Positions 23,257 to 30,520 of a DNA stretch of 32,000 nucleotides are shown one piece after another. The notes beneath the pieces were generated by a model. It had not been told where the DNA came from and ran no database searches. It was given only the letters and a program-made list of their open reading frames with translations. A program made the position numbers and the translations under genes. The stretch comes from Kineococcus radiotolerans SRS30216 = ATCC BAA-149 (GTDB taxonomy: Bacteria; Actinomycetota; Actinomycetes; Actinomycetales; Kineococcaceae), in assembly GCF_000017305.1 (NCBI RefSeq), contig NC_009664.2:2550001-2582000 (forward strand), written 5' to 3'. The number at the start of each line of letters is the position of its first letter. Positions within the stretch are counted from its first letter, which is position 1.

Positions 23257-23425
23257 CGGCCCGCGCCCGTCCACAGGTCGCGGCGCGGACCCGGACCGGG
23301 GACCCCGGGTCGTCCCCGGGCCCGCCCGGAGCCCGGTCCACCCGCCCGCCGCCACCGCCCGCGCCGCGCCGCGGGCCGGTCGCCCCCGGGGAGACGGCAC
23401 CGGGCCGCGGTGCTTGACTGCCCCG

Positions 23426-24448
23426 GTGCGTTACGTGGTGATCGGGGCAGGGGCCATCGGCGGGACGATCGGCGGGCGCCTCGGCCAGCACGGCCACGAG
23501 GTCGTCCTCGTCGCCCGCGGCGCGCACGCGGACCACCTGCGGGAGAAGGGGCTCCGCCTGCTGACCCCGACCGGGCCCGTCGAGCTGAACGCCCCCGTCG
23601 CCAGCTCCCCGGCCGACGTCGCCCTCACCCCCGACGACGTCCTCGTGCTCGCGGTGAAGGTGCAGGACGCCTCGGGCCTGCTCGCCGACTGGGCCGCCGC
23701 CCCCGTCGGCGGCTCCACCGCCGGCCACGTGCTGCCCGTCGTGTGCGCCCAGAACGGCGTGGAGGGGGAGCGGCTGGCGCTGCGCTGGTTCCGCCGTGTC
23801 GTCGGGGCCTGCGTGTTCCTGCCCGCCAGCCACCTGGAGCCGGGGGTGGTCAGCTCGGAGGGGGTGCCCGTCTCGGGCGGGTTCGTCCTGGGCCGCTACC
23901 CGCACGGGCGCGACGAGCTGGTCGAGGAGATCGCCGCCGACCTCGCCGGGGCCGGGTTTGCCACCGCCGTCAGCGACGACGTCATGGCCGCCAAGCGGGG
24001 CAAGCTGCTCGAGAACACCGGCAACGCCCTCGACGCGGTGTGCCGGCCGGGGGAGGGCGTCGACGCGCTGCGCGAGGAGGCCCGCGCCGAGGGCGAGCGG
24101 GTCCTGCGGGCCGCCGGGACCCCGCCCCTGGACCGCGCCGCGGCCCTGCCGCAGCTGGCCGCGCTGGGCTTCCGCACCGCCCCCGTGGCCGGCGCCGAGC
24201 GGCTGGGTTCCTCCAGCTGGCAGAGCCTGCACCGCGGCGGGTCCGTCGAGACCGACTGGCTCAACGGCGAGGTCGTGCGCCTCGGCCGCGAGCACGGCGT
24301 CCCCACCCCCGTCAACGAGGCCCTGCAGGTGCTGGCCGACGCCTCCGTCCGCGAGGGCCTGGGACCCCGCGCGTTCGGGGTCGGGGACGTGCGCGCGCTC
24401 GCCGCGGCGGCGGCGGGGGCCAGCGGGGACCCCGCGGGCCCGGCCTGA
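23426..24448 (+). CDS. Ketopantoate reductase (ApbA/PanE) family oxidoreductase
   Basis: This is the C-terminal part of track ORF 22220..24448. It starts at GTG 23426. The Rossmann motif is VVIGAGAIGGTIGGRL. Also contains KRGKLLEN and SSSWQSLHRGGSVETDWLNGEVV. Confidence 0.8.
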   Translation: MRYVVIGAGAIGGTIGGRLGQHGHEVVLVARGAHADHLREKGLRLLTPTGPVELNAPVASSPADVALTPDDVLVLAVKVQDASGLLADWAAAPVGGSTAGHVLPVVCAQNGVEGERLALRWFRRVVGACVFLPASHLEPGVVSSEGVPVSGGFVLGRYPHGRDELVEEIAADLAGAGFATAVSDDVMAAKRGKLLENTGNALDAVCRPGEGVDALREEARAEGERVLRAAGTPPLDRAAALPQLAALGFRTAPVAGAERLGSSSWQSLHRGGSVETDWLNGEVVRLGREHGVPTPVNEALQVLADASVREGLGPRAFGVGDVRALAAAAAGASGDPAGPA

Positions 24449-24461
24449 GAGGGTGGCACCC

Positions 24462-25112
24462 ATGCGCGTCGACCACGTCGGCTTCGCCGCGGGGCCCGAG
24501 GGGCTGCAGGAGACCGCCCGGTCCCTGGCGGCGCGCCTCGGCGTGCGCGTCGTCGACGGGGGTCCCCACCCCCGCTTCGGGACCCGCAACGTCGTCCTCC
24601 CGCTGTCCCTGGGCTGCTACGTCGAGGTCGTCGAGGTGCTGGACCACCCGGTGGCCGACAAGGCGCTCTTCGGCCGGGCCGTGCGCGAGCGGACCGAGCA
24701 GGGCGGCGGCTGGTTCGCCTGGGCCGTCCTCGTCGAGGACCTGCCCGCCTACGCGGCGCGGCTCGGCGAGACCGCCGAGGAGGGGGTCCGCCGCCGCCCC
24801 GACGGCGTGGAGCTGCGCTGGCACCAGATCGGCGCCCCCGCGCTGAGCGAGGAGCCGCAGCTGCCGCTGCTCATCGAGTGGGACGGACCCCCCACCCAGC
24901 ACCCCTCCGCGATCAGCTCGGCCGGGGGCGCGCGCCTGGCCGGGCTGACCATCGCCGGGCAGCGCGACCGCGTCCGCGGGTGGCTGGGGCTCCCCCCGGA
25001 CTTCACCGCCGACCGCATCGACTTCACCTGGCTCGACGTCGTCGGGAGCCCGCGCAGCACGGGGCTGCGCTCGGTCCGCTTCGAGACCCCCCGCGGGACC
25101 GTCGAGATCTGA
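24462..25112 (+). CDS. VOC/glyoxalase-like domain protein
   Basis: This is the C-terminal part of track ORF 23796..25112. It starts at ATG 24462. Contains MRVDHVGFAA...GTRNVVLPL..YVEVVEV. The stop overlaps the cls start (TGATG at 25110-25114). Confidence 0.65.
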   Translation: MRVDHVGFAAGPEGLQETARSLAARLGVRVVDGGPHPRFGTRNVVLPLSLGCYVEVVEVLDHPVADKALFGRAVRERTEQGGGWFAWAVLVEDLPAYAARLGETAEEGVRRRPDGVELRWHQIGAPALSEEPQLPLLIEWDGPPTQHPSAISSAGGARLAGLTIAGQRDRVRGWLGLPPDFTADRIDFTWLDVVGSPRSTGLRSVRFETPRGTVEI

Positions 25113-26587
25113 TGGACTGGCTGCCGGACTGGGCTCCCTCGATCACGGCGCCGGCCCTCGCCCTCCTCGTCGTGGACCTCGTGGTGCGCCTCACCGCGAT
25201 CGCGGTGGTCCCGGTGAACCGCCGCCCCAGCTCCGCCCTCGCCTGGCTGCTGGCCATCTTCTTCATCCCCTACCTGGGGGTGCTGGCGTTCCTGCTCATC
25301 GGCAACCCCAAGCTGCCCCGCGCCCGGCGGCGCAAGCAGCGGGAGATCAACGAGCTCATCCTGTCCTCCACCAAGGGCATGGACCTCGTCTCCTCCGACC
25401 ACCCGTGGCCGCCGTGGCTCAGCGGGGTCGTGGAGCTCAACCGCACCCTCGGGTCGATGCCGCTGGTCGGGGGGAACCAGGCCCGCCTCGAGGGCGAGTA
25501 CGACGAGGCGATCCGCGCGATGGCCCGCACCGTCGACGGCGCCCGCGAGTACGTCCACGTCGAGTTCTACATCATGACCCGGGACCCCACGAGCGAACCG
25601 TTCTTCGCCGCCCTCGAACGGGCCGTCGAGCGCGGGGTGAAGGTCCGGCTGCTGCTGGACCACCTGGGGTCCCTGCGCTACCCCGGCTACCGGCGCACGA
25701 TCCGCTCCCTCGACGACATGGGCGTGGAGTGGCACCCGATGCTGCCCGTGCAGCTGCACCGGCTGAAGTACCAGCGGCCGGACCTGCGCAACCACCGCAA
25801 GCTCCTCGTCGTCGACGGGGAGGTCGCCTGGCTGGGGTCGCAGAACGTGCTGGACCGCAGCTACAACAAGCGCTCCAACGTGCGGCGCGGGCTGCAGTGG
25901 CAGGACCTCATGGTGCGCCTGGAGGGGCCGGTCGTCGCCGGCGTCGAGGCCATGTTCATCACCGACTGGTACTCCGAGACCGACGAGCTGCTGCAGACCG
26001 AACGCCCCGAGGTCTCCCCGGTCGGCTCCCCGGGACGGCTGGAGTGCCAGGTCGTGCCCAGCGGCCCCGGGTTCGACGGGGAGAACAACCTCAAGCTGTT
26101 CAACTCCCTGCTGTACGCCGCCCAGCGGCGCATCTCCATCACCAGCCCCTACTTCGTGCCCGACGAGTCGATGCTGTCGGCCATCACGACGGCCGCCGAG
26201 CGCGGGGTCGACGTCGAGCTCTTCGTCTCCGAGTACGGCGACCAGTTCTTCGTGCACTACGCCGAGTGCTCCTACTACGAGGACCTGCTGCGGGCCGGCG
26301 TGCGGATCCACCGCTACCCCGCGCCGTACGTCCTGCACGCCAAGCACATGACGATCGACGACGAGGTCGCCGTCATCGGGTCCTCCAACATGGACATGCG
26401 CTCGTTCCTGCTGGACCTGGAGCTGACGCTCATGGTGTGCGGGCGCGAGTTCGCCGACGACCTGCGCCGGGTCGAGGACGAGTACCGCGCGAAGTGCACC
26501 GAGCTCACCCTGGAGCAGTGGCTGGCCCGCCCCCGGTGGCAGGTCATCAAGGAGAACCTCTCCCGCCTCACCTCCGCGCTGCAGTAG
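25112..26587 (+). CDS. cls: Cardiolipin synthase (PLD superfamily, two HKD motifs)
   Basis: This is the C-terminal part of track ORF 24878..26587. It starts at ATG 25112. Two N-terminal TM segments. HKD motifs: HRKLLVVDGEVAWLGSQN and HAKHMTIDDEVAVIGSSN. Confidence 0.93.
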   Translation: MDWLPDWAPSITAPALALLVVDLVVRLTAIAVVPVNRRPSSALAWLLAIFFIPYLGVLAFLLIGNPKLPRARRRKQREINELILSSTKGMDLVSSDHPWPPWLSGVVELNRTLGSMPLVGGNQARLEGEYDEAIRAMARTVDGAREYVHVEFYIMTRDPTSEPFFAALERAVERGVKVRLLLDHLGSLRYPGYRRTIRSLDDMGVEWHPMLPVQLHRLKYQRPDLRNHRKLLVVDGEVAWLGSQNVLDRSYNKRSNVRRGLQWQDLMVRLEGPVVAGVEAMFITDWYSETDELLQTERPEVSPVGSPGRLECQVVPSGPGFDGENNLKLFNSLLYAAQRRISITSPYFVPDESMLSAITTAAERGVDVELFVSEYGDQFFVHYAECSYYEDLLRAGVRIHRYPAPYVLHAKHMTIDDEVAVIGSSNMDMRSFLLDLELTLMVCGREFADDLRRVEDEYRAKCTELTLEQWLARPRWQVIKENLSRLTSALQ

Positions 26588-27185
26588 GGCGCTCCACCCC
26601 CAGGGCTCGCAGCTCCAGGTCGGCCAGCGCCCGCACCGCGGCGGGGTCCTGGGCCTGCCAGGCGGCGGCGGGGTCGGGGTGCACGGCGAGGAGCTGCTCC
26701 GGCGCGCGCCGCTGCAGCGCGCGCAGGGCCAGGACCCGCTCCCCGGCCGGGGAGGCCGACAGCCCGCGGGCCCGCCGCGCGGCCCGGGCCCAGCGGACGC
26801 GCTGGAGCAGGCGCACCGCGGTGACCAGCGCGATCGGCACCAGCGCGGTGAGGACCCCGAGCAGCGTGGCCAGCTCCAGCGCGGAGCGCACCTGCGCGTC
26901 CGCCGCCCGCGCCAGCGAGGACGCGCTGGCGGCGGAGGAGCCCAGGACGCCCGCCAGGTCGTCCCCGATCAGCGGGGTGCCCGACGCGGCGTCCCCCGCG
27001 GCCGACAGCCGCCCGGCGAGGTCGCGGGACCCGGCGGAGAAGCCGCGCGCCGGGGCCGCGACGGAGGCCGCGGCGCCGTGGACGGCGCGCCCGGCCACGA
27101 CGGAGAGGACGACCAGGAGCAGCCACGCGCCGTCGGCGGCCAGCTGCCGGGAGCGGTGGGCGGGACGGTCGGCGTAGAGGAGCAC
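26568..27185 (-). CDS. Hypothetical membrane protein (about 2 TM segments), no recognised family
   Basis: This is the C-terminal part of track ORF 26568..28700, trimmed to GTG 27185. A CACCGT hexamer lies 6 nt upstream. GC3 is high. Hydrophobic segments: AWLLLVVLSVVAG and LATLLGVLTALVPIALVTAV. The opposite-strand frames translate to Arg/Gly/Pro-rich junk. The 3' end overlaps cls by 20 nt. Confidence 0.5.
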   Translation of the reverse strand: MLLYADRPAHRSRQLAADGAWLLLVVLSVVAGRAVHGAAASVAAPARGFSAGSRDLAGRLSAAGDAASGTPLIGDDLAGVLGSSAASASSLARAADAQVRSALELATLLGVLTALVPIALVTAVRLLQRVRWARAARRARGLSASPAGERVLALRALQRRAPEQLLAVHPDPAAAWQAQDPAAVRALADLELRALGVERPTAARR

Positions 27186-27401
27186 CCCTGCACGGTGGCA
27201 CGGCCCGCGCGGGCGCGCCGGGGCGACCGCCACCCGGGGCCGGGACGGGGTGATCCCGCCGTTCCGGCACCCCCGGGGGGTCCCCGGTGGCACGCTGGGA
27301 CGGAGCTCGGGCCACCGCCGGCCGGTGACCGGTGCGCGCGGACCGCGCGCCGGCCGGGCCGCGGCGAGGGGCGCCACGGGTGCGGGTGGGGAGCGGGACG
27401 G

Positions 27402-29144
27402 GTGCGCGAGGACGGGGCGGGGACCGGGGGCGCGGCGCGGCGCCGGACCCCGGACCGGCGGTGGTTCGCGGTGCCGACCCTCGTCACCTCGGTCGTGATG
27501 TGGACGTGGCTGCAGTCCCGCTTCACCGGGTCCCTCGACGCGACCCTGCTGCTCGTCGAGGGCACCGGCGTCGTCGTGGGGATCGTGGCCGGGTTGTGGG
27601 CCCCCGGCGCCCGCAGCCGCCGGGCGTTGCGGCTGCTGACCGCGTTCGTGGCCCTGACCACCCTGGGCGACGCGTACTGGCTGCTCGTCGTCGACCCCAC
27701 CGGGCTGAGCTACCTCGGCGGCGACGTCGAACCCGGCGTGACCGTCACCCTCTACGTCCTGCGCTACCTCGTCCTGGCGCTGCTGCTCGTCCACGCCGCC
27801 CCGCCGCTGCGCGAGCCCACCCGGCGCTGGGCGCCGGCCGCGTTCGGCGGTCGCGGAGTCCTCTCCCCGGCGCAGGCGCTGGCCTGCACCACCGCCCTGC
27901 TGCTGGTGACCACCCCGCTCGGGGGTGTCGTCGACGACGGGAAGTCCTACTCGCTGTTCTGCTTCTGCGACGTCGTCCTCGCCGCCGCGGCCCTCGCCCT
28001 GTGGCTGCAGGCCGCGGGCCGGGTGCGCCGCCCGCAGGCGCGGGAGATGCGCCTGCTGACCGGCACCGTCGCCGGCGTGATCGCCCTGGCCCTCGCGGAC
28101 GCCGCCGTCGTGCTCAGCATGACGGGCGCGTCCGTGGCCGTGGGGCGGGCCGGCTTCACCTTCTCCGTCGGCGGCTTCCTCGTCCTGGTGTTCACCGCGC
28201 TGCGCACCCCGGAGGCGGGTCCGGCGGGGGGCTGCCTGCCCCCGCCGCCCCGCCGCACCCACCCGCACCTGGTGGTGGCGGCGCTCGTGGCCGTCCGGGT
28301 CGCCGCCCCCGCGGTGCTCCTCGCGGTGAGCACCGCCCAGCTCGTCGCGGGGGCCGCCGGGAGCCCCGGTGCCGTCGGGGCGCCCGCCGTGCGCGCCGCG
28401 TTCACCGGCGCTGCGCCCACCGGGTCCGGGCTCGGCCCGGCGACCCTGGGCACCGTGGTCGTCGCGGTGGCCCTGTCGCTGCTGCAGGCGGGCCGGCAGG
28501 TGGTGCACGCCCAGCGCGACGGGCGGCGGGCGGCGGCCGCGGAGCGCGACGAGCTCACCGGCGCCTACAGCCGGCGCGGTCTCACCGCCCACGTCCGGCG
28601 GCACCTGCCCGCCTCCCCCCGGGCCGGGTCCGGGGCGGGGTGGACCCTGGCCCTGCTGGACCTGGACGGCTTCAAGGCCGTCAACGACACCTTCGGCCAC
28701 GACGCGGGCGACGAGGTCCTGCGCGCCGTGGTCCGGCGGTGCGCGCGCGTGGTGGCCGGGTGCGGTGTCGTCGCCCGCTTCGGCGGGGACGAGTTCGTCG
28801 TCCTGCTCGGCACCGGCGGCCCGGGGACGGCGGAGACGCGGGCGGTGCTGCGGCGGCTGGAGGACGAGGTCTCCGCGCCCCTGGAGCTCACCGGCGGCGT
28901 CACGGTCACCGTCGGGACGTCCGTGGGCGCGGCCGGCATCGACCCGGACGGGTGGGACGGGAACCTCTCGGCGGTGCTCAAGCGGGCCGACCTCGCGATG
29001 TACGACTGCAAGCGCCGCCGGGCGGCCGGGGCCGTCGACGGCGGCCGGGTCCCCCCGCCCGTCCCCCCGCCCGTCCCGGCGGTGCCGTCGCCGGGTGGGC
29101 CCCTGGTCGGACGGTCCCCGTGGCGAGGTCCACCCGTGGCCTGA
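27402..29144 (+). CDS. Membrane-anchored GGDEF diguanylate cyclase with a polytopic N-terminal domain of unknown type
   Basis: This is the C-terminal part of track ORF 26679..29144. About 8-10 hydrophobic segments are followed by LTGAYSRRG...LDLDGFKAVNDTFGHDAGD...RFGGDEFVVL, and a Pro-rich tail (PPPVPPPVP). The start is uncertain between GTG 27402 (GGGAG 8 nt upstream) and GTG 27471. Confidence 0.8.
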   Translation: MREDGAGTGGAARRRTPDRRWFAVPTLVTSVVMWTWLQSRFTGSLDATLLLVEGTGVVVGIVAGLWAPGARSRRALRLLTAFVALTTLGDAYWLLVVDPTGLSYLGGDVEPGVTVTLYVLRYLVLALLLVHAAPPLREPTRRWAPAAFGGRGVLSPAQALACTTALLLVTTPLGGVVDDGKSYSLFCFCDVVLAAAALALWLQAAGRVRRPQAREMRLLTGTVAGVIALALADAAVVLSMTGASVAVGRAGFTFSVGGFLVLVFTALRTPEAGPAGGCLPPPPRRTHPHLVVAALVAVRVAAPAVLLAVSTAQLVAGAAGSPGAVGAPAVRAAFTGAAPTGSGLGPATLGTVVVAVALSLLQAGRQVVHAQRDGRRAAAAERDELTGAYSRRGLTAHVRRHLPASPRAGSGAGWTLALLDLDGFKAVNDTFGHDAGDEVLRAVVRRCARVVAGCGVVARFGGDEFVVLLGTGGPGTAETRAVLRRLEDEVSAPLELTGGVTVTVGTSVGAAGIDPDGWDGNLSAVLKRADLAMYDCKRRRAAGAVDGGRVPPPVPPPVPAVPSPGGPLVGRSPWRGPPVA

Positions 29145-29179
29145 CGCCCCCCGCCCCTGCGTCCGGCAGGCTCCCTCGC

Positions 29180-30499
29180 GTGCTGCAGGACGTCGCGACG
29201 TGGACGACGGTGCTGGGCGCCGCGGGGTGCGCGGGGGCCGCGCTGTGGCGGGCGGTGCGTTCCCGCCCCCACCCCGCGACCCGGGTCCTGCTGCTGGCCG
29301 CCGCGGCCGTGGTGCTCGCCGGCGCGGTCGTCACGTCGCTGGACGGCGGCCCGCGCTGGCAGGTGGCGCCCCTGGCCGCGGCCGTCCTCCTCGCCCTCCC
29401 GGCCGGGGCCCGGAGCGCCCGGCGCGGCCGGCGCGGGCCGCGGGTCCTGCTGGGCGCCGCCGCGGTGCTCGCGGTGGGGGCGGGGTCGGTCGCGGTGCGG
29501 GCGTTCCCGCCCCTGCGCCTGCCCGTCCCCTCCGGCCCGCACCCGGTGGGGGTCGGCGAGATCGCCTGGGCGGGGCCGGCGACGGACTGCCCGGCGTCCG
29601 GTCTCCTCGCCCAGGTCTGGTACCCGGCGGCGGCCGCCGGGGGCGACCCCGGGCCCTACCTGGGCCGCGACCGCGACGAGGCCCGTCGGGTCTCGGCCGC
29701 CCTGGCCGACGCGTTCGGCGTCCCGCCGGTCCTGCTGCGGGAGGCCGCCGTCGGGCGCGGGCGCGCGGTGCCCGGGACCCCGGTGGCCGCGGGCCGGTTC
29801 CCCGTGGTCCTGTTCTCCCCCGGCAACCTCGGCGTCCGCCGGCAGAACTCCGCCTGGGCCACCGACCTGGCCAGCCGCGGCCGCGTCGTCGTCGCCCTGG
29901 ACCACCCGTGCGACTCCGCCGTCGTGGTGGGGCCGGAGGGGGAGGCCGTGACCTCCACGGCCGGCGGCAGCGGGGACGACGCCCGGGACCAGGCCGACGC
30001 CGACCGCCGGGTGGGGGTCCGGGCGCAGCAGCTCCGGTCCGCCCTCGACGAGCTCGCCCGCCGCGACAGCGCGGACCGGCTCCTGGGCGGGCACCTCGAC
30101 CTCGGGGCCGTCGCCGCGGCCGGGCACTCCCTCGGCGGGGCCGCCGCGCTGCGGGCCGCGGCGCAGGACGAGCGCGTCGACGCGGTCGTCGACCTCGACG
30201 GGTTCCCCCGCGGCGCGGACGGGCTCGACGTCCCGGTCCTCGTCCTGGTCGCGGGGCGGGGCACGGGCGACCCCGGCGCCGACGCCCGCTACGCCCGCGC
30301 CGTGGAGGCGGTGACGGCGGGATCCCCCGACGCCCGGGTCGTGGAGGTCGCGGGCGCCTCGCACCTGACGTTCACCGACGCGCCGCTGTTCCTGCCGCCG
30401 CTGCCGGGCCTGGTGGGCTCGCTCGGGCGGGAGGGGGCCGTCGCCGCGACGGCGCGCGCGACGGAGGAGTTCCTCGCCGACGTGCTCGGGCCGCGGTGA
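29180..30499 (+). CDS. Membrane-anchored alpha/beta hydrolase, PAF-acetylhydrolase/lipase-like
   Basis: This is the C-terminal part of track ORF 27332..30499, trimmed to GTG 29180. A CAGGCT hexamer lies 7 nt upstream. Three or four N-terminal TM segments. Contains FPVVLFSPGNLGVRRQNSAWATDLASRGRVVVALDHP, nucleophile GHSLGG, and SHLTFTD. Confidence 0.7.
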   Translation: MLQDVATWTTVLGAAGCAGAALWRAVRSRPHPATRVLLLAAAAVVLAGAVVTSLDGGPRWQVAPLAAAVLLALPAGARSARRGRRGPRVLLGAAAVLAVGAGSVAVRAFPPLRLPVPSGPHPVGVGEIAWAGPATDCPASGLLAQVWYPAAAAGGDPGPYLGRDRDEARRVSAALADAFGVPPVLLREAAVGRGRAVPGTPVAAGRFPVVLFSPGNLGVRRQNSAWATDLASRGRVVVALDHPCDSAVVVGPEGEAVTSTAGGSGDDARDQADADRRVGVRAQQLRSALDELARRDSADRLLGGHLDLGAVAAAGHSLGGAAALRAAAQDERVDAVVDLDGFPRGADGLDVPVLVLVAGRGTGDPGADARYARAVEAVTAGSPDARVVEVAGASHLTFTDAPLFLPPLPGLVGSLGREGAVAATARATEEFLADVLGPR

Positions 30500-30520
30500 C
30501 GGCCAGCGCGAGCGCGCCGC

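Noticed and set aside
27194-27294. TGGCAC within the repeated GGTGGCACG, which resembles the sigma-54 -24 element.
   Set aside because: Actinobacteria are not known to encode sigma-54. No GC-N-TTGC -12 element follows at the proper spacing.
29049-29072. Direct duplication gtccccccgccc x2.
   Set aside because: It encodes the Pro-rich C-terminal tail (PPPVPPPVP) of the GGDEF protein. This is low-complexity coding sequence, not a regulatory repeat.
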